Notes: generated from the letters alone by a model not told the origin. A stretch of DNA of 64,000 nt from Bdellovibrionota bacterium (GCA_050952645.1 JBMNLI010000012.1:128001-192000), one strand, 5' to 3'; positions 1 through 9,046 are shown, numbered from the stretch's first letter. Numbers and translations are program-made.

Positions 1-994
1 TGAAAATTTTAGATATTTAGACAGTTTTTACCCTTTTAAGTTGTCTTGGATGATTACAACACGGTGTAATATTAATTGTAATTTTTGCTTTCTTCCTTGT
101 CTACTTAGGAAAGAAGAGATACATAGTATTCCAGTAAAAGATGTTTTGCAATGGTGTAAAAAGCATAAGATTTTTTCTTTAGAAGTTTTTGGTGGGGAGC
201 CTTTTTTAGAGATTGATAGATTAATTGAGATAATAAAGAATACAAAAAAAGGAGAACCATATTTATCTAGAATTAGCACTAATGGCACGATTTACAACAA
301 GAAAGTAGGGAAGCTACTCAGAGATTTGGAAAATTTTCAGCAGTTGCAGGTGAGTTTAGATGTTTCGGATAGTAATTCATATTTTGATATAAAAGGTAAA
401 GATTATTTTGATAATGTTATAAACAATATCAAAAATTATGTTAGGGATAAAGTTCCTGTATCTCTAAGTGTTGTATTATCAACGCAAAATTTTCATATGA
501 TAGTTGATTTAATTAAATTAGCAGAACAATTAGATGTAAAAAATATTAGTTTTGATGGGATGATGTGTAATAATGCTAATAGTGCCTATCATAATTGTCA
601 TTTAACATATTTAGAAATGATTGAATTAAAAAACAAGCTAACAAATATGAAGAGTAGCAAAGTAAAGATAATATTGAATAATTCATATAATAGCAAAGGT
701 CATAATTATAATAATTGTATGGCGGGTTTTACTGAAATGACTTTGCTTCCGAATGGCGATATTTATCCTTGTTCACTTTGCTTGTCAGATAACGATTTAA
801 AGTTAGGTAGTATTTACAAAGGAATCGATAAGGAACGCAATGAAAAGCTGAAAAAATTTCTAAAGTATAGAGTATCTAGCAAGTGTCGCAATTGCGAGTT
901 GCCATCTATTTGTGATGGTGCATGTAAACTTGTTCAACTGCAACGTGTTAAAAGTTTTTATAAAACCATAGGTTGTGATGATATTGGAAATTAA
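1..994 (+). CDS. Radical SAM protein with C-terminal SPASM domain, 5'-truncated by the window edge
   Basis: Frame is open from position 2 (ENFRYLDSFYPFKLSWMITTR), so the TTG at 41 is probably not the real start. Motifs: CNINCNFC (CxxxCxxC), FGGEPF, STNGT, and SPASM cysteines CMAG..GDIYPC..CRNCELPSICDGAC. Confidence 0.9.
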   Translation, partial: ENFRYLDSFYPFKLSWMITTRCNINCNFCFLPCLLRKEEIHSIPVKDVLQWCKKHKIFSLEVFGGEPFLEIDRLIEIIKNTKKGEPYLSRISTNGTIYNKKVGKLLRDLENFQQLQVSLDVSDSNSYFDIKGKDYFDNVINNIKNYVRDKVPVSLSVVLSTQNFHMIVDLIKLAEQLDVKNISFDGMMCNNANSAYHNCHLTYLEMIELKNKLTNMKSSKVKIILNNSYNSKGHNYNNCMAGFTEMTLLPNGDIYPCSLCLSDNDLKLGSIYKGIDKERNEKLKKFLKYRVSSKCRNCELPSICDGACKLVQLQRVKSFYKTIGCDDIGN

Positions 995-1184
995 TACAAG
1001 TATTAAAATACGCGTGTTTAAAAAATTGGTATATATTTATATTCCACAAAATGATGCGATTTATGAGATGACAAATAATGATTGGAATAAAGTTAATTTA
1101 TTATACGGAGTTCCTATCAAAAAAAGTATTCTTAATTTTACAGAAAAAAAATTAGTTGAAATGAAAATTTTATTTTTAAAATGA
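975..1184 (+). CDS. Small PqqD/RRE-like (RiPP recognition element) protein, 69 aa
   Basis: Three predicted beta strands (IKIRVF/LVYIYIP/AIYEM) followed by helices ending LVEMKIL, the PqqD-type layout. Overlaps both neighbouring SPASM genes. Confidence 0.55.
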   Translation: MMILEINTSIKIRVFKKLVYIYIPQNDAIYEMTNNDWNKVNLLYGVPIKKSILNFTEKKLVEMKILFLK

Positions 1185-1912
1185 AAGATATAGAATTAAT
1201 CGAAATAAATTTAGGCATGTCCGATTGTCATTGTGTTGTGGATTCCAATTTTGACATAAAATTTAAACAACTTAAGATGATTTTTGAAAATTTACCTTGG
1301 AGTAATGCTGAAATTGGAATAGGTGGTCATCCATTTAGATATCCTTGGTGGAAAAGTATGCTATTTTTTTTATCAAATAGTGGTAGAAAGATTTATTTTG
1401 TAGATACTATTAACTTTTTGACTAAAGAAAAAATTGATGTAATAAACAGTTTTAATAATTTTCATTTGATTATTGAAGTAGAAAAACAAAAAGATTTAGA
1501 AGATATTCATAAAAATCAAATTAAGTATGAGGCTTTAATGTGTTCATTTAATAACATACAAAATATAATAATGAATGATAATATTGTAATAGAACAACCA
1601 GTAACTAATATCAATGCAATAATGGAAGAGTATGCAAAACAATTTTTCAAACATTATAAAAAAGATATTTGTAGGTTGAATGAACAAACTATTGTATGTG
1701 TTGCAATTGATGGTGATGTGTATCCTTGTGTTGCTTTGCAGCAAAAAACTTATTGTTTAGGCAATATATTTAATGATGATGAGAAAAAAATTAAAAAAGA
1801 ATATGGCTCGTTTATAAAAAAGATAAGTTGTAAATATTGTTGTCAAGGACGAAGTGTATCAAGATATAAAATTTTAAATTGTGATTTTTTATGTAACCAT
1901 AGAGAGATATGA
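1181..1912 (+). CDS. Degenerate radical SAM-like protein retaining a SPASM domain
   Basis: N-terminal SDCHC instead of CxxxCxxC and GGHP in place of GGEP. C-terminal C..VAIDGDVYPC..LGNI..CKYCCQG..CDFLC. ATGA overlap with the upstream gene. Confidence 0.75.
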   Translation: MKDIELIEINLGMSDCHCVVDSNFDIKFKQLKMIFENLPWSNAEIGIGGHPFRYPWWKSMLFFLSNSGRKIYFVDTINFLTKEKIDVINSFNNFHLIIEVEKQKDLEDIHKNQIKYEALMCSFNNIQNIIMNDNIVIEQPVTNINAIMEEYAKQFFKHYKKDICRLNEQTIVCVAIDGDVYPCVALQQKTYCLGNIFNDDEKKIKKEYGSFIKKISCKYCCQGRSVSRYKILNCDFLCNHREI

Positions 1913-2428
1913 ATGAATAATTTGTTTAGTAACGATAAAGATATAATTTATTTATTTGATGCAATAGATGAAAATGTATCCCATCAAATAATAAAAGAAA
2001 TAATTATAAAAAGCCAAATATCTAACAATATCTTTCTTTTTATCAATAGTCCAGGGGGAAGTGTAATAGATGCATTGGCAATATATGATATTATTCAATA
2101 TTATAAAGATAAAATTACTACTGTTGGGTTAGGTGTTGTTGGTAGTATTGCAACACTTTTGCTTTCTTCAGCAAGTTTTAAAAAGAGATATTTATTTAAT
2201 AATACTACAATTCATATACATTTGCCGTTTGGGGTTACTGAAATTGAGGAAAGCAAAAGCAACGAAGTAATCATGGAAGAATTAAGATTAGTAGAACTTG
2301 CCACTGGGTTATTTACGAAACATACTAATAGTAAATTAAACCTTGATAGGCTTGGAAAGCAAGAAAATTTAATATTCAATGCATATGATGCAGTAAATAA
2401 TTATGGGCTGGCAGACCATATTATTTAG
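1913..2428 (+). CDS. Divergent ClpP-family (peptidase S14) protein
   Basis: IFLFINSPGGSV, GVVGSIA (catalytic Ser position), IHIHLP (His position), C-terminal YGLADHI. Starts immediately after the upstream stop (TGA-ATG). Confidence 0.85.
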   Translation: MNNLFSNDKDIIYLFDAIDENVSHQIIKEIIIKSQISNNIFLFINSPGGSVIDALAIYDIIQYYKDKITTVGLGVVGSIATLLLSSASFKKRYLFNNTTIHIHLPFGVTEIEESKSNEVIMEELRLVELATGLFTKHTNSKLNLDRLGKQENLIFNAYDAVNNYGLADHII

Positions 2429-2458
2429 TAGTTATTTAATTTTTAGGAAGGGTATAAA

Positions 2459-3481
2459 ATGTTTGAACAAGAAATAAGTATTGAGAAGAAAATTGATATG
2501 ATTATTTTAGAATATGTATCAAAAAATCTTTTAAAAAATAATAATGATATTAAAGCCGTGTTTCTTGTTGGTTCTGCCGCAAGAGGAGAGCTGTCAAGGA
2601 TATCAGATATTGATTTGTTGATAATTACAAATAAAAAACTTTCTGACGATCAGCAAGATAATATGCGTTCGGATGTTTATAAAGGATTGAGATTTTCTAT
2701 GCTCTATACTAATTTATCTTTATTGAAAGAGGGTGTAAGTCAAGAAATTCCTGCAACGATTACGTTCATTATTGATGCAAAGGTTATTTACGATCCTGAC
2801 GCTTTATTAAAAACTATAAAGTCACTTCTTAATGATTTTAAGTTGTCAAATAATTTAAAAGAAGAAATTATAAGTGCAGAAAACAGGTTAAGTATTTTAA
2901 AAGATGCAAGCTTAGAAAATCAAAATTTTAATATTTTAATGACATCAATAGATTTAGCGAGAGAGTTTTTATGTTTGAACAATGATCCTTATATGGCAGT
3001 TAAACATTTATATAAACATTTAAGCTTATATAATAATAGTTATGCTGAAAGTTTTAGAGAAATATGGAAATGTGAAGATGAATGCAAAGTAATTAAAATA
3101 TTTGAAAAACAAATTGCTAATTTAAATAAATTAAAGGATTGTAATCAATGCAAAAATAATAATATAAATATTATTCCAAGAATAGAAAATGCAGAAGAAG
3201 CTTTAAATACTGCAAAATATTTATTAAATAATAAAAATTTTGAAGCTGTGCCTATTGTGTTTTCTGAGACATACTATTTATATAGAGGTTTTATGGAATA
3301 TTTGGGGCATGATTTTGATATATTAACTTATGAAAATTTTTTTAGTCTTTTGAATATGGAATCTCCTAAATTGTTATTAAGTTTTAGTAAAATTTGGCAA
3401 TTTTTTGATCATATGAGTATTTTAAAAATTTTAAAAAAACAAATTGAATTTTTAAAAAATTTAAGTGGAATAATTTTATAA
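2459..3481 (+). CDS. Pol-beta-superfamily nucleotidyltransferase with duplicated C-terminal helical (HEPN/KNTase-C-like) domain
   Basis: AVFLVGSAARGE..SDIDLLII (GS plus DxD signature). Two helical repeats 110 aa apart. Confidence 0.75.
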   Translation: MFEQEISIEKKIDMIILEYVSKNLLKNNNDIKAVFLVGSAARGELSRISDIDLLIITNKKLSDDQQDNMRSDVYKGLRFSMLYTNLSLLKEGVSQEIPATITFIIDAKVIYDPDALLKTIKSLLNDFKLSNNLKEEIISAENRLSILKDASLENQNFNILMTSIDLAREFLCLNNDPYMAVKHLYKHLSLYNNSYAESFREIWKCEDECKVIKIFEKQIANLNKLKDCNQCKNNNINIIPRIENAEEALNTAKYLLNNKNFEAVPIVFSETYYLYRGFMEYLGHDFDILTYENFFSLLNMESPKLLLSFSKIWQFFDHMSILKILKKQIEFLKNLSGIIL

Positions 3482-4522
3482 ATGTTAGTTTCATTAGTCG
3501 ATAAAAAATCTCAAAATACTATTTTAAATGGTGCATGTTATTCTTTAAAGGAATCAAACATTATATTTGATATAGGTCGTAGTTTTTATAAAAATGAAGA
3601 TTTTTATTTACAAATCAAAAATAATGAAAAGTTATTCGAACCACATTATAATCATTTTTCAAAAATAATAAATCTATTTATATCACATATACACGAGGAT
3701 CACTATGCTGGTATATTTAATATACCAAGTGATATTTTGATAAATTTATATATTGGAGAGGTTTCTTTTGATATTTTACAATACAAGGCACTCGAAATTG
3801 GCAAGCCTCTCCCCAGTTTTAATGAAGTTAATTTTTTTAAAAATAAAAATTTTGTTAATATAGAACACTGGAATATTATTCCTGTTTCAATTCCTCATAA
3901 TATAGTTGATACTTGGGGATTTGTTGTTAAAAGAAGTGGAAATGAAAATAAATTCATATATTCTCCTGATATAAGTGAATGTTTTTGGAATTATTTTAAT
4001 GTCCTAGAAAACGACACAGTTTTGATAGATATATTGCCGATGCTTCCAGATTTTATGTACAATAATGATTTAGATGCTATATCAAAATCTAAACAGAGAG
4101 AAATGGGATTAATATTATTTGTAGATTATGGTTGGGATTTTGATAGAATAAATTATTTTATGAATAATTATTTTTTTGAAAAGCGAGTTTTCTTCTCAAA
4201 AGAAATGTTTAATAATTCTAAAATAGTGAATTTTCAAAATAAAAGAAATTTTGATTTGCTAGATTTTTTTAATGCACAAGTATTGAGTGATGGAATTTAC
4301 ATTTGTTCAATTAGCGAATTATATGATGTTATTCTGAAGTACCCTAAATTAGAACTAAATGTAATATCAAATGTATTTGAATTAAGCATAAATAATAGAG
4401 ACATATTATCATTAACAAGTTATAAATTTTATAATTTTTTTAAAAGTGGACATTTACCTGCAAATAAAATAGAAGAATATAAAAGAACCCATCAAGGTGT
4501 TGATATAATAACCCATAATTAA
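3482..4522 (+). CDS. MBL-fold metallo-hydrolase, RNase J/beta-CASP-like
   Basis: FISHIHEDH (HxHxDH), IPHN, YSPD and C-terminal SGH motif. Starts immediately after the upstream stop (TAA-ATG). Confidence 0.8.
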   Translation: MLVSLVDKKSQNTILNGACYSLKESNIIFDIGRSFYKNEDFYLQIKNNEKLFEPHYNHFSKIINLFISHIHEDHYAGIFNIPSDILINLYIGEVSFDILQYKALEIGKPLPSFNEVNFFKNKNFVNIEHWNIIPVSIPHNIVDTWGFVVKRSGNENKFIYSPDISECFWNYFNVLENDTVLIDILPMLPDFMYNNDLDAISKSKQREMGLILFVDYGWDFDRINYFMNNYFFEKRVFFSKEMFNNSKIVNFQNKRNFDLLDFFNAQVLSDGIYICSISELYDVILKYPKLELNVISNVFELSINNRDILSLTSYKFYNFFKSGHLPANKIEEYKRTHQGVDIITHN

Positions 4523-4566
4523 TGTTTGTATTAAAAAGCTTAATCTTAGTTTCTATACACTATATA

Positions 4567-5415
4567 TTATATTTTAAATTTAGCTTCTATAAGGCATTCT
4601 TTAAGTATGTTTGCTTTTTTAGAAAGCATTTTAAAGTCGTTATCGCTAATTAGCTTTTGCTTAAAAGATGTTTCTATAGTTTTTTCTAAACGCTCATAGA
4701 CAAATTTTGCTAGGTAAAATTTGTTGCAAACATTTTTAGAATGTTCGTATTTTAAAAGTCTTATTATACATATCTCTATGGCTATGCCATCAAATATTGA
4801 ACGAGAAAGAATTTTTCCTTTAAAATGTCGCCCCTCAAGAGTAGCATTTATAATCTCATCTGAAATTATAGGCTCATAAGTTCTTTTTTCGTTTAAAAAA
4901 GTATAAAAAGTATTTTGTTCAGGAAATTTTTGTAAGTTTGCTACTATATCTGAGTCTTCAACGGCTTGAAGCCCGAGTGTTGCAAACTTTTTTTCTTCTT
5001 CATTTAAAGATTGAAAGAATGGCTCATCTTCAATTTTAGATTGTGCCTCATGGAGCTTTACAAAAAGTAGAATATACTCATCATCGAAATTTTCATCTTC
5101 TATTAAAATTTGCTTTCCCATATCTCCATGGTTTAAATGTCTTTGAATTTCATTGTTTTTAAATTGATAAAATCTACCTATATCATGAAGTAGCGCTCCT
5201 ACTAAAAGCCTAGTTTGGTTTTCCTTAGAAAGAGTGTTAAGCTTTTCTTCATTTTGTATAAGATTTACCATGCACATATAAACATCGATAGAATGTGCAT
5301 ACTTTAAATTAAGCCAATCCATTTCTAACTTAGTTTTAGCTAGTAAAAATTGTTTATTAAAATGTTTTTGTAAAATTTTATAACTATCGATTATTAAATT
5401 ATCTGTAATATCCAT
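4567..5415 (-). CDS. HD-domain phosphohydrolase
   Basis: KYAHS..LLHDIGRF..NHG..DSD metal-binding pattern. Confidence 0.85.
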   Translation of the reverse strand: MDITDNLIIDSYKILQKHFNKQFLLAKTKLEMDWLNLKYAHSIDVYMCMVNLIQNEEKLNTLSKENQTRLLVGALLHDIGRFYQFKNNEIQRHLNHGDMGKQILIEDENFDDEYILLFVKLHEAQSKIEDEPFFQSLNEEEKKFATLGLQAVEDSDIVANLQKFPEQNTFYTFLNEKRTYEPIISDEIINATLEGRHFKGKILSRSIFDGIAIEICIIRLLKYEHSKNVCNKFYLAKFVYERLEKTIETSFKQKLISDNDFKMLSKKANILKECLIEAKFKI

Positions 5416-5421
5416 CTTGTT

Positions 5422-5982
5422 TTATCTCCCTTGAATTCTATCTAACATTATAGCACAAGCGGCTCTTACGGAAAGATGATTATAATCGGTCGGCCCCTTT
5501 ATCGGTTCTAAAAAATAATCGGCTCTTGAAAGTAGCTTATCACTCATTCCCCAGCCAGTGCCTAGCATAAGAAGATAAGGCGTGTTTACATCGCTATTTA
5601 TCATTTCTTTCATTAGAGTAAATGAAATTCTTTTTCCGCCGTCTTTTGCAGAGCTTGCTATAAGTTTAGGAAGTTTCCCATATTTTTCATCAAGAAAAGT
5701 TATAGCTTCATCTAGCTCTCGAATAATATGAACTTTTGTAAGCGCTTCTTTTCTATTTCCATTATATTTTTCTCCAAAGCCCGACATCCAATGAGCTTTA
5801 AGAGTGCTAGCAAGTTTCCTTAGCGATGGGGAGGAATGACACACAAAAGTATTTCCCACGCCATAAGTTCTAGTGCTTCTAGCAATATCGTGCAGGTCTA
5901 TCATAGTTAGAGAGGTAGTAGTAATGTTTTTTTGTTTATCTACCATATCATCGTGAAGTAAGATTATATTTAAGTTTGACAT
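5422..5982 (-). CDS. SPOUT-family RNA methyltransferase (Methyltrn_RNA_4-type, TrmD-associated)
   Basis: TTSLTMIDLHDIARSTRTYG, LLMLGTGWG, YNHLSVRAACAIMLDR. Lies directly downstream of trmD. Confidence 0.9.
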   Translation of the reverse strand: MSNLNIILLHDDMVDKQKNITTTSLTMIDLHDIARSTRTYGVGNTFVCHSSPSLRKLASTLKAHWMSGFGEKYNGNRKEALTKVHIIRELDEAITFLDEKYGKLPKLIASSAKDGGKRISFTLMKEMINSDVNTPYLLMLGTGWGMSDKLLSRADYFLEPIKGPTDYNHLSVRAACAIMLDRIQGR

Positions 5983-6091
5983 ATCTTTTTACTTTTTTAT
6001 TTTCATTTTTTATTTTCATTTTTTACTTTCATTTATTTTTATATTTATTTTATATTTATTTTTATATTTTATGAATAGCGAATTTATAAAA

Positions 6092-6772
6092 TTAAACTCT
6101 ATTTAATAACTCAGGCTTTACTTTAGTGGTTTTCTCTATGGCTTTTTTTTCTCTCCATTTTTTTATGTTTTCATGATGACCTGAGGTTAAAACCTCTGGA
6201 ACTTTTAATCCTTGAAATTCTAAAGGGCGAGTATATTGAGGGGCTTCTAAAAGATTTTCGGAAAACGATTCAGTTATTATAGACTCGGTGTTGCCTATAA
6301 CGTTAGGGATAAGCCTAGTTGTAGCTTCTATAACCGCCATGCAAGGCACTTCTCCTCCCATAAGCACGTAGTCTCCTATAGATATTTCTTCATCTACTAC
6401 TAGGTCTATCACTCTTTGGTCGACGCCCTCATATCTTCCACAAATGAAAATAATGTTTTCTTTTTTACTATATTTAATAGCTTCAGATTGAGTAAAAGTT
6501 TTTCCTGATGGAGTAAGTAAGACGATGTAAGGGTCATCTAAGGTTTTTTTTAATTCATCAATTGCATAAAAAATAGGTTCAGGCTTCATAAGCATCCCAG
6601 CTCCGCCACCGTATGGCTCATCGTCTACTTTAAAATGTGGTGGGGAGGCGTAGTCTCTAATGTTTACAATATCTATTGAAAAGATTTTATTGTCTAGCGC
6701 TTTTTTTAAAAGCCCAGTGCTTAAAAAACTTGAAAAAATTTCAGGAAAAATTGTAAGAATAGCTATATGCAT
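6092..6772 (-). CDS. trmD: tRNA (guanine37-N1)-methyltransferase
   Basis: VDDEPYGGGAGM, CGRYEGVDQRV, SIGDYVLMGGE, PQYTRP. Confidence 0.98.
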   Translation of the reverse strand: MHIAILTIFPEIFSSFLSTGLLKKALDNKIFSIDIVNIRDYASPPHFKVDDEPYGGGAGMLMKPEPIFYAIDELKKTLDDPYIVLLTPSGKTFTQSEAIKYSKKENIIFICGRYEGVDQRVIDLVVDEEISIGDYVLMGGEVPCMAVIEATTRLIPNVIGNTESIITESFSENLLEAPQYTRPLEFQGLKVPEVLTSGHHENIKKWREKKAIEKTTKVKPELLNRV

Positions 6773-6802
6773 TTTATTTAAGTAAATTTATATAATAAAA
6801 TT

Positions 6803-6879
6803 AGTTCCTCACGTTTAAAGGTTGAGTTTAAATTCTAAAAAATTAGTATTAACCACCAAAGCGGAGCCTAAAAGAAAAT
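6803..6879 (+). repeat. Degenerate partial copy of the MITE-like family
   Basis: agttcctcacgtttaaagg..aattagtatt..agcctaaaagaaaat aligns by eye with 11312-11386. Confidence 0.65.
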
Positions 6880-6930
6880 AGCTAGCAAAGAAAAATTTTT
6901 ACCTAAAAAAAATTTTACGCTCTTTCTTTT

Positions 6931-7257
6931 TTACGCTCTTTCTTTGGCTCTTTCTTTTCTAGCTTTTCTATTTTGTTTGATTTTTTCTAGTCTAGCTGCT
7001 TCTTTATCTTCGTAAATATTTGACATATTCGTTTTGATTAAGTTTCTAACTAAATTGCTAGGTTTTGCACCATTTTTAATATAAAAATTTATTCTCTCTT
7101 CATTTAAAACTACTACTGGTGGTTCTTGCATAGGGTTGTAAGTTCCTATGATTTCAATATATTTTCCATCTCTGCTAGCTGAAGTTTCCGTTGCTACTAT
7201 TCTATAAAAAGGGTTTTTCTTCTTTCCATGTCTTGAAAGTCTAAGTGTAACTGCCAC
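6931..7257 (-). CDS. rpsP: 30S ribosomal protein S16
   Basis: MAVTLRLSRHGKKKNPFYRIV..RDGKYIEIIGTYNP. GTG start with a GGAG ribosome-binding site. Confidence 0.97.
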   Translation of the reverse strand: MAVTLRLSRHGKKKNPFYRIVATETSASRDGKYIEIIGTYNPMQEPPVVVLNEERINFYIKNGAKPSNLVRNLIKTNMSNIYEDKEAARLEKIKQNRKARKERAKERA

Positions 7258-7545
7258 GTTTTTAGTTCTCCAAATAAAATAAAAAATAATACAAAATTTA
7301 TAAAAACACTTTTTTGATTATAATTTTTTTGATTATAAATAGATGATTATAAGTTCGATTATAAATTATAATTATAAATTATATAAGTGTATATAAATTA
7401 AATTATAAGTGCATATAAATTAAAGTGCAAGTTTTTTAAAATGCAAATTATCTTAAATTTGCAAATAGTATAAAAAATTCATTTTCAAATTTATCATATT
7501 ACGGTATAATTTGCAAACACTTTGAAATTTTTTAGGTAAAAAAAT

Positions 7546-7977
7546 ATGAGAAAAAAATATAATAAAAATTTAATATTATTACAATTTTTTTTATTATTTA
7601 CACTTTTTATAAACGTTTCTCTAGCAGATGATAATATAAACAATAATATAAATAATAGTATAAATAATAGTATAAACAATGATGAAAAAGGGTTAGTAGT
7701 TTTTTGCACTGCCGATATGCCTTGTGATAAAGATGGGAATGTATTAAGAAAATATTTAGAGAGCGATTGTTTGGAAACTTATCAAAAAAGATGTTTAAAC
7801 TATAAATTGCAAGAATTATCTAAAGAAGCGTGTAAGTGTAAGGAAAGATTGAAGAAAAGAAATGAGAGGAACAAAAGAAAAGACTCTGTAATTAAAGAAA
7901 AAAATAAAAAAATTAGAGAAAAAAATAGAGAAATTCGTGAATTAAAAAAACGACTAAGGCTTTCTAAAAGGCGTTAA
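7546..7977 (+). CDS. Hypothetical exported protein with Cys-rich middle and basic coiled-coil C-terminus
   Basis: Signal-peptide-like N-terminus ending VSLA, an NNSI repeat, six Cys and a K/R-rich tail. Confidence 0.65.
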   Translation: MRKKYNKNLILLQFFLLFTLFINVSLADDNINNNINNSINNSINNDEKGLVVFCTADMPCDKDGNVLRKYLESDCLETYQKRCLNYKLQELSKEACKCKERLKKRNERNKRKDSVIKEKNKKIREKNREIRELKKRLRLSKRR

Positions 7978-8091
7978 AATATATATTTATAACGAGAAAT
8001 AGCGTCAACAAGTAAAAGGGGCTACAAAAAAAGGCTACAAACAAAAAAGGTTAAAAATAAAAAAGGTTAAAAATAAAAAAGGGTTAAAAAT

Positions 8092-8126
8092 AAAAAAGGT
8101 TGAAAGAGAGCATGTCAACCTTTTTT
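8092..8126. terminator. Bidirectional intrinsic terminator between convergent genes
   Basis: aaaaaaggttga-(11-nt loop aagagagcatg)-tcaacctttttt. Confidence 0.75.
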
Positions 8127-8143
8127 TTGTTTCTCGACATCTT

Positions 8144-8806
8144 TTAAGATGTCTTTCCCATCGAATTCATCGAAGCTTGTTCATTAGCTTTAAGAGACTT
8201 TATCGAATGTTTTCGCCAAATCTCTACGTATCGTAGGAAGTAATTCCACCTTTCTCGTTCTATAGGAGTAAGAAATTTTTTGTCCGAGTTTTCGTCGGCT
8301 TCTTTAATTTTTCCTAAGAGGTCGATATATCGCCTAGCCGAAATAATAGCTTCAAAAAGCCAATAGATGACTGTTTCGTTTTTGATATTTTCTTTTAAAC
8401 TATTTTTATAAGCAAAAATAGTTCTCCAAAAATAGATTGCCAACTCTTTTTTTTCTTCTTTTCCAATGCGACTATTAAGGTTAGCACATGTAAGTTTGCA
8501 TTTTCCCATCAATAAGCCGACAAGGTTTAGCCAAATAGGCCGATTTCTAGCCCTTAAGAATTTATTATCATATCGTGAAACAGTTCGTCGAATACTTCTC
8601 CAAATTTCCCTTTGGCAACCTTTGTCTAGAGGCGTTCCTTTAGTTACGGTCAAAATCAAACGAGTTATATTTTCAAGAACACGTTCTTCAATATCTGGAT
8701 ATCTTTCTAATAATACTTCAATATCTGGATATCTTTCTAATAATGCTTCAATATCATCAGGATATTTTCCTAATAATGCTTTTTGCAAATCACTATTCGC
8801 AGTCAT
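8144..8806 (-). CDS. Orphan helical protein, 220 aa, with an N-terminal 10-aa tandem repeat
   Basis: ATG preceded by AGAAAGG. Repeat LLERYPDIE(V/A) corresponds to a 30-bp DNA repeat at about 8687-8780. Has its own promoter and terminator. Confidence 0.75.
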   Translation of the reverse strand: MTANSDLQKALLGKYPDDIEALLERYPDIEVLLERYPDIEERVLENITRLILTVTKGTPLDKGCQREIWRSIRRTVSRYDNKFLRARNRPIWLNLVGLLMGKCKLTCANLNSRIGKEEKKELAIYFWRTIFAYKNSLKENIKNETVIYWLFEAIISARRYIDLLGKIKEADENSDKKFLTPIERERWNYFLRYVEIWRKHSIKSLKANEQASMNSMGKTS

Positions 8807-8810
8807 ATAA

Positions 8811-8950
8811 AACCTTTCTACTTTCTAGTAGCTTTGCTCTCTTTATGTCCTTTTTAACTATATTGTCTTTAATAAAAGCTTAAACAAAAGCTTTATTAAA
8901 AGCAATTTTGTAAGACTATCATAAAATAATTTTACAAGCAAATGTTTACT
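8811..8950 (-). promoter_or_regulatory. Promoter plus hairpin 5' leader, copy 1 of a duplicated upstream block
   Basis: Minus strand TTGCTT(8941-8936)-17 nt-TAGTCT(8918-8913) with an extended TG. Leader hairpin at 8867-8902. Highly similar to 9695-9850. Confidence 0.65.
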
Positions 8951-8960
8951 AAGTAATTTT

Positions 8961-9046
8961 TCTTTAAAGTCAATTTTCTTTTAGGCTTCGCTTGGGTGAG
9001 TGATACTAATTCTTAAGGTCTAAAACCCACCTAAAAACGTGAAGAA
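8961..9046 (-). repeat. Partial inverted copy of the MITE-like family
   Basis: Reverse complement matches about 11314-11399 (aaagtcaattttcttttaggcttcg..gggtgagtgatactaat..aaaacgtgaagaa). Confidence 0.85.

Noticed and set aside
1913..2428. Prophage head-maturation ClpP indicating a prophage
   Set aside because: No portal, capsid, terminase or other phage genes are adjacent.
8466..8810. Antisense ORF over the 220-aa orphan, and other antisense ORFs (e.g. 21226-21624, 44593-45021, 51789-52148, 53802-54386, 62813-63157)
   Set aside because: They lie opposite better-supported genes and have no motifs, so they are shadow ORFs.
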